64,000 nt of DNA from the NCBI GenBank assembly GCA_965153355.1, contig OZ231126.1:38998001-39062000 (forward strand). The letters are read 5' to 3'. This document shows, one piece after another, positions 31,826 to 45,751 of the stretch. Origin of the DNA: Flaccisagitta enflata (Eukaryota). The number at the start of each line of letters is the position of its first letter. Within the stretch, counting starts at the first letter, position 1. A program made the position numbers and the translations under genes. The notes below the pieces were generated by a model, which was given only the letters and a program-made list of their open reading frames with translations, did not search any database and was not told where the DNA came from.

Positions 31826-32500
31826 TGTTTAGCTAGCTTACTTTTTTTTGTTGATAATGCCCCCATCCCTCCCACCTCCGCAATTCAATTTTTGGAATAT
31901 TATGATCTATGTATTTTTTCAACTTACCCTGCACATCCTTCATCAAGTTTTCTAAAAACTCAATGAAACAGAAAGTCGTCCAAGAAAGAAGGAGATTGTG
32001 TTTCACTTTCAAATTTCAAATTGCGAAAGTATTCATAACCAAAAATCTTAAAAACTAAGGAATTCACAAAAAATGAATGCTCATCTACTTTATGCAAATA
32101 GTATTTGAATATTGAAATTTTGCTTTAAGTCATGAATATCCTACTTTCTTAACATCTATTCATGTCATCTATTAGAGTAAACTACCTACTCAGTGACAGT
32201 GCAAAAAAACCTACCAGTAACAACGAGGGCGCATCTATTGTTTGTCTATCAAACTTGTTTTTAATATAATGCCTGATTTTATAGGCAAACTAAGAAAAGA
32301 AGTTATTTCTAAAAATAAACAACCTATATTTCTAAAAAAATTTGAATTAAATTCATCTTTTAGATAAGAAATTTGAATAAAATTGTTTTCAAAAATGGCC
32401 CAAGCTGAATCTCAGCCTGGGCATTCTCTTATTTTGTTCTTAAAATTTCGGCAAATCTCAGGCTCATGTATCTTATAAACTGGTCTCTTATAAAATAAAA

Positions 32501-32657
32501 CAAGGCCGTATACACGAGCCGAAGTCGCGTGCGGGTGGGCAGGAGCGGCGAAAAAGCTAAAAAAGCTAAGTGTGACCGACCAACCGACCGACAGACGGAC
32601 GGACGGACCGACAGACGGACAGAGTGGGTCATAGAGTCGCGTGCACGCGACTAAAAA
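32501..32657 (-). mobile_element. HINE-like element, close copy of 10620-10740
   Basis: CAAGGCCGTATACACGAGCCGAAGTCGCGTGCGGGTGGGCAGGAGCGG...(GACC/GGAC)n...AGAGTCGCGTGCACGCGACTAAAAA. Confidence 0.75.
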
Positions 32658-33560
32658 GTGTAGTGAAATTACAAAATTTAGGGTGCGTCTGCATTCACCA
32701 TATCATTTGGATAATTCATCTGGATATCAATATCCGGATATTCTTCATAGTAGCAGGGGGACTGCGGAGCCCCAAAGGGGTAAATAAGAGAGATACACCA
32801 CCCAGTAGGCGACCAATGTCTGGTGGATCATCCCTCTCAACAATCTGAAACGTCAGATGGACTTAAAAATGTTGAAAAAATCGCCCTCATCCAGCATCTT
32901 TCTCATCTGTGTGAATTATCGAAATTCCCATTAAAATTACTGCATTTTTAGGGCTTTTCGCCACAAAAAGTTTTAATTCCTGATCACTTTCAACAATACC
33001 AAGTGTTTTTTATGTGATCGCTGATATGGAATGTAACAGGTGATTGATTAATAAAACAAAACTCAAAATTGCTGCAAGTTGCTGCAAGTTACAGCATGTT
33101 GCTGCAGGCAACATGGTAATTTAAGCCAAACAAGGGTGGATACACGGCCACCCAAGTCATGTGCAGGAGGGCAGGGGCCGTAATTAAAGTCACTTGATCA
33201 TTTGGGCAGGAGCAGTGGGGCCAGAGACCACATAAAACAAAAAAAGTAAAGGGTGACAGACCAACAAGTGGACCAACAGATGGACGTACGGACCAACAAA
33301 GCGGGGTGTAGTCGCGTACCACGTGACAAAAAATGTTGCAAATCTGAGAATACATTGATAGGCAATTGAGTCTTTAGTTTTAAACTAGCAACTCTATCAG
33401 GAGCTTTGCCCAACAACGCTGAAAAAGCTAATGGTATCAGACCAGCCAGTAGACCAACCAACCAACATAGCGGGTTACTGAGTTGTGGTGTAGCATGCGA
33501 CTACAAATTGCGTATGTTCAAAAATATACATCACTGTTTTCTATCATGTTCATTCAGTGG

Positions 33561-33984
33561 CAGAGATTAGCGTTACTGAGCGTCAGTGGTCGGCCGTTAT
33601 GAGGTCGTTATATGGTCAAAATCCGCCATTTTATGCTAAGGTCGTTATCCCTAAATAACTGGACGTTATTTATATAAGGTTACACATTATCTAAGTAAAT
33701 AATAGATTTTGTAAAAGGTTCATTGCATTTGACTCATGGAAATCCTCGTTATGAAAGATGGATAACATTACCACTTTACTTACTATACTTACCATACTAT
33801 ACTTACTATACTTACTATACTCACTATTCTTACTATACTTTCTATAGTTACTATACTTACTATACTAGGCCCTCTTCTATTCATTTCAGTTAGGGTAGAG
33901 AGATGGATATTGCTCCACCTATCATACTTTGGCCTAAGCACTGTTAAGAGCAAGAGATTAAGAGAGAGAGAGAGAGAGAGAGAG

Positions 33985-34063
<79 letters not shown>

Positions 34064-34259
34064 ACACCAAAAGCGGTATAAGATCGACTTAAAGAAACAA
34101 AGAATCTTGGAAGAACAAAAGAGAAGGAGGAGAAAGAGGAAGAAAAGGAGGAGGAGGAGGAAGAGGAACAATCGGTTTTCATGGTGATTTATCCGTTATC
34201 CGTTATCCCATATATCCTATCCGTTACACGGATTGCCGGATCTCGATACCTAATCTCTG
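33561..34259. mobile_element. hAT-type MITE carrying a 9-bp minisatellite and (GA)n
   Basis: TIR CAGAGATTAG / CTAATCTCTG; 8-bp TSD TTCAGTGG (33553-33560, 34260-34267); CGTTA subterminal repeats. Confidence 0.75.
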
Positions 34260-34989
34260 TTCAGTGGTGAATATAGTTCCATGACCTTTGATTTATTCCC
34301 CCCCCCCCCACCTTTGATTTTCTTCCCTGAGACTCATCCTGTTGCATCATCAAATCTCTGACTTTCTATGATAAAGCAATAAAACTATGTTTAAAAATCA
34401 AATAGTGTTGAATTGTGTTTTACTAATCAGGTTTTCTGACTCGTTACCGCCAAAATTTCCCAAAATTTTCTTTCATTCTCTTTTGGCGGTCCGTCGGTTG
34501 GTTTGTCAGTTGGTCCCCTTTTTGAGCAGCAGCCCCGAAGGGGTTGATGACCAAAGCTTTCACACATATGGGGAATTTTTTCCTTTTTTGGCAGCGGCCC
34601 CGAAGGGGACGAAGTCCTGTAGAACACAGGGGGACTTTTGTTCTTCCGTTTGTTCGTTTCTTCATTTGTTCGTTTGTTCCTCCCCCCCATCAGGCCCCTC
34701 AGGCCTCAAATCTGGCCTCTGAGACCTCAGATTTGGCCTCTCAGGCCTCAAATCCAACTTCTCAGGCCTCAAACCTGGCCTCTCAGGTCTCAAATTAGGC
34801 TTTTCTGGCTTCAAATTTAAATTCTCAGGCCTCAAACCTGGCCTCAAACCTGGCCTCTCAGGCCTCAAGTCAGCTATCTGAGCCTCAATTTATTTCTCTC
34901 AGGCTTCATTTTAGTCCTCTGACCTTTCAAGCCTTCATCCAGCTCTATTAAACTTCAAGTTAGCCCTCTCAAGCTTCAGATTGGCATTA

Positions 34990-35575
34990 CACCGTCTTTA
35001 AATCGAAATGGTAAATAGTAAACCTTTGTAGCTCCAAAACTACTAGCCTAAAAGCCTTCAAATTTTCAGTAAATGTTAGTAACAACTGACCATTTTGTCA
35101 TGCCAAAACTCAGACTTGATAACTGAATAAGTTGGGGGTCTTAAAAGCATTGAAAAGCTATCAAATTTATGGAAAAAGTCAATTTGTCCCAGCTATACTT
35201 GGAAGAATCTTTTTTCTTTTATTGCTTTTTTACTGATTAAGCAACCTTTATCAATTTTTTAGGTAAATGTGTAATCTCTGAAAAATTTCCTTTCATTTGA
35301 GACCAACCCCGGAGTTCTAGCACAATTTTTTTGATATCTCTCTATTGATAAAAACAAGTCTTTTAAAAAAAAATAAAGAAAAAAAGATTCAGCCCTGAAA
35401 TTTGGCATATTTTGTTTGTTTTACTGACCCCAAACTATTCAGTATTAGAATATGAGTTTGGACATGGCAAAATGGTCAGTTGTTACCAACATTCACTGAA
35501 AATTTGAAGGCTTTTAGGCTAGTAGTTTTGGAGCTACAAAGGTTTATAATTTGCCATTTTGATTTAAAGACGGTG
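34990..35575. mobile_element. MITE with TA TSD
   Basis: TIR longer than 110 bp beginning CACCGTCTTTAAATC; TA on both sides; inserted in a 21-bp-array element. Confidence 0.9.
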
Positions 35576-36450
35576 TATAAGGCCTTACATCAGCCCTCTT
35601 AGACCTCAGTTTAGGCTCTTGAAGGCCTTCAGTCAGCCCTCTATAGCATCTCATTCACTTCTTCAGGCAGGACGAACGAAAGTCCCCCTGTGTTCTACAG
35701 GACTTTGTCCCCTTCGGGGCCGCTGCCCTGCTCCCCCTCACTCCAATTCACAATCACTCAAAGGAGGGCAATGGGTATCACTGACCACATATTGCCCTTG
35801 GGCGACCTGTTCTTCATTGTACCAGACGTACCACCCCTCGAGGCTGAGATATGGGCCTGGAGACTTGGGGGAGGGGGGGTGCAGAGGAGAAGAATAAGGA
35901 AAAAATTCCCCATATGTGTGGAAGCATAGGTTATCAACGCCTTTGGAGCCGCTGCAAACCGACCAATGAATGGACAGGCAGTGGTGTATACCGTTGCGTA
36001 GCACATGACTAAAACCCATCATATTGAGAACAAGCCTCTCATCTTATGTTTTTTTGTCAAATCCCCTGGTATTCATCCCTCTGCACCTTTTTATCTACAG
36101 ATGGAACCAATGACAGACTCTCTTAACTGATAAAAGAGTTGCATAGCCTGCATCTAAAAATTTTAAATTTTTAGGTCGGATGTTCCTACTCAAGAACAAG
36201 CCCAATTGGGCGCTAAACACTTATGACTTATATCAAGAGACACATGGACGAACAGACATATCAAATGACAGAGTAGAAATGAGGCTCTCAAACCATGTTT
36301 GTTGATCCTTTTATCTAGTGTAGGATCTCACTGTGGCTAAAGAAAGCCAAGAAGTAGTTTTTACACAGGTGAAACGGACAGATGGAAGACACCGACAAAA
36401 CGGATCTCCTATTGAGATGCATTCCTGAAGGACGCATCTAAAAAGATATA

Positions 36451-36784
36451 CCGTATTTTCTCTAAAAAGCGCCCCGGGCGCTTTTGAAATTGAAATATGA
36501 CTTTGCTTTTTAACCCTCCAAATAGCGCCCCCTTTGAATTAAAGATATACTATTATTTGATCTATCTTTTTCATGAAAGGCAATCAAGATGCTAAATTCG
36601 ACTTGAAATAGAGATACTCATTGCATATATCTGTTAAAAGGTCAGTGAAAATAGCTCATTGTGTTGTGTTTTTACATTATTTTACTTTGTATTTCTATGC
36701 AAATGTTTTCTGAAGAGTGTGACACTAAGAAAAAAAATGGGGGGCGCTTTTTAGAGGGGGCGGCGCTTTTTGGAGAAAATACGG
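36451..36784. mobile_element. pogo/Tc2-like MITE with TA TSD
   Basis: TIR CCGTATTTTCTCTAAAAAGCGCC / GGCGCTTTTTGGAGAAAATACGG; TA at 36449-36450 and 36785-36786. Confidence 0.88.
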
Positions 36785-38574
36785 TAATCCTGATTGTAGC
36801 AACTTACAAAGTTTTTCAAATCTATTTTTAGTCGTGTGCTACGCGACTCTACACCCCACTTTGTTAGTCTGTACGTTGGTCAGTCAGTTAGTTAGTCAGT
36901 TAGTCGGTTTTGACTGACCTCAAATGTTGCCCCTGCCCATCCACACGTTAATGGGGAAGCGTTCTTGTTACATTGATTACAATTTCAGTTGAAGGCATTT
37001 TCTATCTGTTTGTCGGTCCGTCAATTGCCTGCCAGTCCATTATGATTGCCCAGGAATGTGTGAGTGTCTGGGGAGGGGGGGAAGTATATGCCCCTGTACT
37101 AATGTATGTTTGCTGCACAGGTTATGAAATAAAATGTCTCAAAGAGCTTGCCTTATGCTTCCCTGCGTCAATCTGTAGCAAGGGAAAAATATCCAATGCA
37201 GCTAACTTGCTGTAGCTTGCAGCAGCTTGCAGCAAAAGAAAATGTTTTCCAGCAGACAATCAACAGGTTAAAACTGACTTTAATAAGATTTTTGACCAAA
37301 TTTTCAAAAGCGATGAGAGCTGGAATGGTAAAATATCACGAGGATCTTGCTTGCTTGCTGCAACTTACTACGGCCTTCTGCACACTTACTGCAGCTTGCT
37401 GCAGCCTGTTACAAAGGTAAAATAAACCTAGTAGAAATATGTTACAAAGCTCTAACTGAGATCATTCAGTACATCACATCCACTATATTGTGGTCTCGAT
37501 CCTCTTTTTGATCAAATTTTCAAAATCTTTAGGACAATTAGGACATTGCTGTAGACCAGAGAAGCTTCAGCAGCTTATTGCTGCAGTAAGGGCTTTGCAA
37601 AAGGTAAAATTTCCTGAGCAAGCATCAATTCACAAAATAAAAGCTGCAATCACTGAAATCATTACCTTTAAATCAAGTTCTGCATTGCATTTTTCATCAA
37701 ATTCTCAAACGACGGGTACTTGCTGTAATTAATCACCCAAAGTGCAGCAATTTGCAGGAACCGCTGTATTCTCGCATGTTTCACTGTCTTCTGCACACAG
37801 CTACACCAAACAGCATTACCAACTATCATTTATTGTTACAACCAAAGCATTTATCATGTAACTTGAGACTCAGAGGATCTAAGAGACATGACAAACTTGA
37901 GTTTTAGCCAAAAATTCTTAGGTCCTGTATAGATGACAAACATAGTGGGTGAGGGCGATTTTTTCAGCAACTTTGGGCACAGGAAATGGGGCAGATCGTT
38001 CAGGATGTTACTCCACCAGAGTTTGGTCGCCTACTGGGAAAGAAATTGGTTCTCTCCCTTCCCTATTCATAGTGAATTTACAAAATTTACTACATGAAAT
38101 ATCCGGATATTTATATTAGTGGGGGAATTAACTAGGCTTGGAGAGCAAAATATTTTCTCTACCATATCCTCGGGGCAGTCAAAATGCATAATGGACCATA
38201 TTCCAACAATGTGAAACAAGAAAAAGACCAAAAATTTCTAGAAAGGGGTGCCGCAATGGTCATTTTTGCAGCAACTCAGAAATGCAGCAAACAGCTAAAA
38301 AAGCAATGTTAGAATCATTTTTGTCACTAACAACGCTTTAACTCTTTCACAAATTAGAGTGAAATATTGACTTAAATCACGTCAATAAAGCTTGCAATGA
38401 TGAAAAATGATCTGTATTATGTTGAACATGACAGGTTGCAGCAAGTTGCTGAACCAAATGCCCAATTTTTCCCCAAATTGAGCTTTTTTAACTTGAACCG
38501 CTTTTATCGGCCAAGTAGTGTAATAGGAATTCAAGAAATTTATTCTTTGTGTATCTAATGACTAATGAGTTATA

Positions 38575-41332
38575 ACAGGGTGAGCATAAAATTTCGTACT
38601 TGGTCTGTAGCTTGAAAACTATACTTGTTATGGGAGTCATGACCTAAAATTTGAACCAGAGTATCTCAGTTAGTCATGCTAAAAGTAGAAACTAAGAACA
38701 GCTGATAAAATTTCCATACATAGCCATGACATGTACTTAAGAAAAAATAGAAAATTCGATTTTGACATGATTTTATTTGCAGAGCTGTTTTCATTCAAAA
38801 AGGATGGTTGTTGCAACTTTTATGGCCCCTAGATAGAATGTTTGAGAATAAATGTATCAAGGGGAGATAGTTAGGTCATCTAGGAGGATGTTCAGTTAAC
38901 AAAAGTGATATATCAATCAAATTTAGACAAAAGATGCATGTTTTTTTCACCAAATTAGAAATCTGTAGTGACTTTCTACTTATGTCCCTGTTAGTCTAAA
39001 AATGTATTCAGCTGTCTACCATTCATCATTTTTCATTATCTAAAGTATGAAAAATAACCTAGTTTTTAATTTCAAATATTAACTTGAAAGACTTTCTCCA
39101 AATATCCGTCTGAGGAATAAGACTTTCTAGCTCAAAGTTTGGAGGGGTCAAAAGGGCGAGTCCGGGGACCCCTATGAAGTTGGGTCTTGAAATGTGCGTA
39201 ATACTTTGGGGAACACTAATCCAGGCTTGCTTGACCCAATATCAGGTGCGTGTTTGAATGTCTCAAAAAAAAGTGCCCAAAATGGCCGTTTTTGGCGTTT
39301 TTTTGCCTAAAAACCATCTTAAACTTGGAGTAGAGCCATGAAATTTTACATGCACATGTATTAGACCCTAATTGAGCTGCATGTAAAAAATTATGAGGCT
39401 GTGAAAATTTTAAGGTACCTAAAATTTAAAAAAACTGCTTTTTCGCGATTTTCTAAACAAAAAAAAAATTTCGTTACCCCCCTAAAAGTTGACCGATTTG
39501 GACAAAATTTTTACTGGAGGTATTTCACATTATGGACTACCTCCATGTAAAATTTCATCAAAATCGGAGCACTTGAAGTACCAAAAATTGCCTTCGAAAA
39601 TCCAAAATTCTTGAAAAAAAATACCCAAAAATCGTCTTTGGGCCTGAGACATTGCCATGATATGGCAGGCACCTATAAACCATGGGCTGAAATTCCTTTA
39701 GGGGACTCTTGGTGATGCCCAAAAAAAATTTGGTGGCCCTGAGAGCCTTTTTTGGGTGTCAAATAACAATTTAATGAAGACCGTAAAACCAAAAATCGCG
39801 AAAATGGCCAATTTTAGGCCTCTTTTCAACCTGTAACCTAAAAAAAAGTTGAAAAATGGCCCTGAAATTTCAAATGCACATGTATAAGACCCTACTGAAG
39901 CTTTTTTGTAAACAAATAAAAGTTTTTGAAAATTTTATGGTACCTTAATTTTGAAAAAAACGGCTATTTCAAGATTTTTAAACAAAAATTTCGTAACCCC
40001 CCAAAAAGTTGACCGATTTGGACAAAATTTTTACTGGAGGTATTTCACATTATGGAATACCTCCATGTAAAATTTCATCAAAATCGGAGCACTTGAAGTA
40101 CCAAAAATTGCCTTCGAAAATCCAAAATTCTTGAAAAAAATACCCAAAAATCGTCTTTGGGCCTGAGACATTGCCATGATATGGCAGGCACCTATAAACC
40201 ATGGGCTGAAATTCCTTTAGGGGACTCTTGGTGATGCCTCAAAAAAATTTGGTGACCCTGAGAGCCTTTTTTGGGTGTCAAATAACAATTTATTGAAGAC
40301 CGTAAAACCAAAAATCGCGAAAATGGCCAATTTTAGGCCCCTTTAACCTCTAACCTAAAAAAAGGAAAAATGGCCCTGAAATTTCAAATGCACATGTATA
40401 AGACCCTACTGAAGCTTTTTTGTAAACAAATAAAAGTTTTTGAAAATTTTATGGTACCTTAATTTTGAAAAATCGGCTATTTCGATATTTTAAAAAGAAA
40501 AAAAAGCTATACCACCCCCAAAGTTGACGATTCAGACAAAATTTTTACTGGAGGTATTTCACATTATGGACTACCTCCATGTAAAATTTCATCAAAATCA
40601 GAGCACTTGAAGTACCCAATATTGCCTTCGAAAATCCAAAATTCTGGAAAAACCAAAAAATCGTCAAGGAGAGACCATGATATGGCAGGCACCTATGAAC
40701 CATGTGAAATTTTTAGGGGACTCTTGGATGCCTAAAAAATTTGGTGACCCTGAGAGCCTTTTTTGGGTGTCAAATAACAATTTATTGAAGACCGTAAAAC
40801 CAAAATCGCGAAAATGGCCAATTTTAAGCCTCTTTTCAACCTCTAACCTAAAAAAAAGTTGAAAATGGCCCTAAAATTTCAAATGCACAGGTATAAGACT
40901 CTACTGAAGCTTTTTTGTAAACAAATAAAAGTTTTTGAAAATGTTATGGTACCTTACTTTTGAAAAAACGGCTATTTCGCGATTTTTTAAACGAAAAAAA
41001 AATTTCGTTACCCCCCTAAAAGTTGACCGATTTTGAAAAAATTTTTACTGGGGATACCTCATATCATGAATTACCTCCATGTAAAATTTCATCAAAATCG
41101 GAGCACTTTAAGTACCCAAAATTTCCTTCGAAAATCCAATATTCGCCCAAAAATACCCAAAAAATTGTCTTTGAGCCTGAGATATTGCCAAAATGTGGCA
41201 GGCACCTATGAACCATGGGCTGAAATTCCTTTAGGGAACTTTTGGTGATGCTCCGAAAAAATTTGGTGACCCTGAAAGCCTTTTTTGGGTGTCAAATAAT
41301 GATTGTGAAGTGCAATTACTCACCCTTCTCTC

Positions 41333-41422
<90 letters not shown>

Positions 41423-41565
41423 TCTCCTCCTCCTCCTCCTCCCCCTCCTCTCCCTCTTCTTCTCTCTCTCTCTCTCTCTCTTCTCTTCTCTTTCATCATT
41501 TCTGTCACAAACCTCACGTCTTAATCCTAAATTATGGGTTCACCTTTGGATCCATGCATGCAAAA

Positions 41566-41622
<57 letters not shown>

Positions 41623-41648
41623 AGAAAGGAGAGGAGGAGGAGGAGAAG

Positions 41649-41714
<66 letters not shown>

Positions 41715-43997
41715 GAGAGAAGGGTAGGACTTCACTTAATCATTATTTGACACCCAAAAGGCTTCTCTCAGGCCCACTTCAAATTTTTCAGCATCACCAA
41801 AAGTTCCCTAAAGGAATTTAGCCCATGTTCAGGTGCCTGCCACATTTTGGCAATATCTCAGGCTCAAAGACAATTTTTTTAGTATTTTTGGGTAATATTG
41901 ATTTTCGAAGTAATTTTACTTAGTGCTCCGATTTTGATGAAATTTTACATGGAGGTAATTCATGAAATGAAGTATCCCCAGTAAAAATTTTGTCAAAATC
42001 GGTCAACTTTTAGGGGGTAACGGCTTTTTTTTCTTTTAAAAATCGCGAAATAGCCGTTTTTTCAAAATTAAGGTACCATAAAATTTTCAAAAACTTTAAT
42101 TTGTTTACAAAAAACCTTCAGTAGGATCTTACACATGTGCATTTGAAATTTCAGGGCCATTTTTCAACTTTTTTTAAGTTACAGGTTGAAAAGAGGCCTA
42201 AAATTGACCATTTTCGCGATTTTTGGTTTTACGGTCTTCAATAAATTGTTATTTGACACCCAAAAAAGGCTCTCAGGGTCACCAAATTTTTTTTGGGCAT
42301 CACCAAGAGTCCCCTAAAGGAATTTCAGCCCATGGTTCATAGGTGCCTGCCATATCATGGCAATGTCTCAGGCCCAAAGACGATTTTTGGTTTTTTTTTT
42401 CCAGAATTTTTGATTTTTGGAGGCAATATTGGGTACTTAAAGTGCTCCGATTTTGATGAAATTTTACATGGAGGTAGTCCATAATGTGAAATACCTCCAG
42501 TAAAAATTTTGTCTGAATCGGTCAACTTTTTAGGGGGTAACAGTTTTTTTTTCTTTTTAAATCGTGAAATAGCTGATTTTTCTGAAATTAAGGTACCATA
42601 AAATTTTCAAACTTTTATTTGTTTACAAAAAAGCTTCAGTAGGGTCTTATACATGTGCATTTGAAATTTCAGGGCCATTTTTCAACTTTTTTTTAGGTTA
42701 CAGGTTGAAAAGAGGCCTAAAATTGGCCATTTTCGCGATTTTTGGTTTTACGGTCTTCAATAAATTGTTATTTTACACCCAAAAAAGGCTCTCAGGGTCA
42801 CCAAATTTTTTTTGGGCATCACCAAGAGTCCCCTAAAGGAATTTCAGCCCATGGTTCAGAGGTGCCTGCCATATCATGGCAATGTCTCAGGCCCAAAGAC
42901 GATTTTTGGTTTTTTTTTCCCAGAATTTTGGATTTTCGAAGGCAATATTGGGTACTTCAAGTGCTCCGATTTTGATGAAATTTTACATGGAGGTAGTCCA
43001 TAATGTGAAATACCTCCAGTAAAAATTTTGTCAAAATCGGTCAACTTTTAGGGGGGTAACAAAATTTTTTTTTGTTTAAAAAATCGCGAAATAGCCGTTT
43101 TTTCAAAATTAAGGTACCATAAAATTTTCAAAAACTTTAATTTGTTTACAAAAAAGCTTCAGTAGGGTCTTATACATGTGCATTTGAAATTTCAGGGCCA
43201 TTTTTCAACTTTTTTTTAGGTTACAGGTTGAAAAGAGGCCTAAAATTGGCCATTTTCGCGATTTTTGGTTTTACGGTCTTCATTAAATTGTTATTTGACA
43301 CCCAAAAAAGGCTCTCAGGGCCACCAATTTTTTTTTGGGCATCACCAAGAGTCCCCTAAAGGAATTTCAGCCCATGGTTCATAGGTGCCTGCCATATCAT
43401 GGCAATGTCTCAGGCCCAAAGACGATTTTTGGGTATTTTTTTCCAGAATTTTGGATTTTCGAAGGCAATTTTTGGTACTTCAAGTGCTCCGATTTTTATG
43501 AAATTTTACATGGAGGTAGTCCATAATGTGAAATACCTCCAGTAAAAATTTTGTCTAAATCGGTCAACTTTTAGGGGGGTAACGAAATTTTTTTTAATTT
43601 TGAAAATCGCGAAAAAGCAGTTTTTTCAAATTTTAGGTACCTTAAAATTTTCACAGACTCATAATTTTTTACATACAGCTCAATTAGGGTCTAATACATG
43701 TGCATGTAAAATTTCATGGCTCTACTACAAGTTTAAGATGGTTTTTAGGCAAAAAAACGCCAAAAACGGCCATTTTGGGCACTTTTTTTTTAGACATTCG
43801 AACACGCACCTGATATTGGGTCAAGCAAGCCTGGATTAGTGTTCCCCAAGGTATTACGCACATTTCAAGACCCAACTTCATAGGGGTCCCCGGATTCGCC
43901 CTTTTTATGAAACTCTACAGAGACTTATTCCTCAGACGGATATAGGTGTCTTTTCTGTAGATATGATGGCCAGTACGAGATTTTTTGCACACCCTGT
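38575..43997. mobile_element. Older Tc1-like MITE split by the foldback element
   Basis: ACAGGGTGAGCATAAAATTTCGTACT at 38575 versus AGTACGAGATTTTTTTGCACACCCTGT ending at 43997. Confidence 0.55.
39105..43940. mobile_element. Foldback (FB-like) element: 4.8-kb palindrome whose arms are ~520-bp tandem arrays
   Basis: Termini TCCGTCTGAGGAATAAG / CTTATTCCTCAGACGGA flanked by TA. Left-arm units recur at about 39484, 40004, 40519 and 41018 and are mirrored in the right arm. (CT)n and (GA)n inner arms enclose a ~100-bp loop (about 41470-41565). No coding capacity. Confidence 0.92.
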
Positions 43998-44596
43998 TAA
44001 CACCTGTATTACAACTTTTGGGATTTGTGACAACTTGTAGCAATTGCAGCAAAAACAAAAAAAAATCTGCAGCAACTTGATAAAGGCTTTGAAAAATCTT
44101 TCACCTACTTGAATTTTGCAAAAAAACGAGGATTCCCCAATAAACCAGGCCAAAATAAGGACGCTAAGTGCTCCCCGCAGATTAAAAGTTTGTGAATGAA
44201 CGTGATGAGTGAATGAATGGATGAATGAATGAGTTTATAGAATGGAGACCGACCGACACAGCCAGTTATAGAGATGCTTTGTCGCACCTAAAAATGCTTC
44301 TTTGAAAGTCATCCATAACAATTCTTGGAGATACAAATTTGTATAACTCTTTTGCTGAATTACTTGTAATAACGTGTATTGACAAGAAAAAGTTGATTCT
44401 AATCAAAGAATCAAAGAAAGAAAAGTGAATAGATAAATGGGTGGACATAAAAATGTAAATAAATGAAAATATAGAACGACGAATATGATTTGATAAATAG
44501 GTCGGGCAATGGACAGTAAGACACTTTTAGGTATGCTATCATGGACTTCAAGGTATGCCATCATGGACTTCCTCATATGCCATCATGAACTTCAAG

Positions 44597-45075
44597 CAGG
44601 CCTGAGCTATATAGCATTTTTGTCAACTATACAATACCAATACAATACTTCTAAATATTGGGAGAATATGGTACAATACCAATATAATACAGTATCGATT
44701 AAAATTGTATACAATACATCATAATACTGTACAATACATTGTAATATCTGAATATTTTTTTTTGCTGTAAGAATAAACTGAGTAATAGAAATAATTTAGG
44801 ATTTAATAGTATACAAAAAATTCATAGAAAAAATTTTCTTTATTGATTCACCAATAAAATTTAGAATCTATATTTTTTGCTCTTCTTCCTCCTTTTCCTC
44901 TCATTCAGTCTTTTTCTCATATGTTGTTTTTTCCATGGATCATTTTCCTTGTTGTATTGTGTGGTATTATATTGTATTAGAAATGATACAAAATTAATTA
45001 GGTTTATTAGGAAAAACCAATACACAAGAATATTGTAAACGCAATAGCAATACCCAATACTATCGCTCAGGCCTG
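44597..45075. mobile_element. hAT-type MITE
   Basis: TIR CAGGCCTGAGC / GCTCAGGCCTG; 8-bp TSD ACTTCAAG (44589-44596, 45076-45083); CAATAC subterminal repeats. Confidence 0.88.
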
Positions 45076-45094
45076 ACTTCAAGTTATGCCATTA

Positions 45095-45405
45095 TGGTCT
45101 GATCAAGTAGCTGAGTCTGTTTGAGTAGCCAGGTCTGTTTGAGTAGCCGGGTCTGATGCAGTAGCCGGATCTGATCGAGTAGCTGGGCTTGATTGAGTAG
45201 CCGGGCTTGATCAAGTAGCCGGGCTTGATTGAGTAGCTGGGCTTGATTGAGTAGCTGGGCTTGATCTAGAAGCCGGGCTTGATCCAGCAGCAAGGCTTGA
45301 TCGAGTAGCCGGGTCTGATCAAGTAGCTGGGTCTGATTGTTTAGCCAGGTCTGATTGCGTAGCTGGGTCAGAATGAGTAGCCAGGTCTGATTGAGTAGCT
45401 GGGTC
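45095..45405. repeat. 18-bp minisatellite (about 17 units, GAGTAGCTGGGCTTGATT-like)
   Basis: Directly visible; produces the LLDQAR-repeat ORF. Confidence 0.9.
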
Positions 45406-45699
45406 TATTTTCAATTAAGTAACTAAGATGTGGCCTTTAGTTTTTCAGCTTTTTCATTGATGAAAAATATAAGTTAAGAATATTCAAAATATTAGAAAAG
45501 AATGTGTTGACATATCAAATTTTGTCTTTCTTTGTACCCCAACATACCATTTGTTTTTTATCAATCGCGGACATGCGACTCTAGAACTTGCCGTGTCGGT
45601 CAGTCTGTCCATCCATAAACAAAACAAAATTAGAATTTTTTTTTCTGCTATTCCGCTCCCTCCCACCCCTCCGTAACCGGGGGAGTGTATACGATCTTG

Positions 45700-45751
<52 letters not shown>

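Noticed and set aside
39480-43600. Regular repeats or the dispersed 32-mer as a CRISPR-like array
   Set aside because: The units are ~520-bp near-identical tandem copies with no unique spacers, the 32-mers are kilobases apart, the context is eukaryotic and there are no cas genes.
45084-45293. LLDQAR hexapeptide-repeat ORF
   Set aside because: Translation of an 18-bp minisatellite with no ATG start or splice context.
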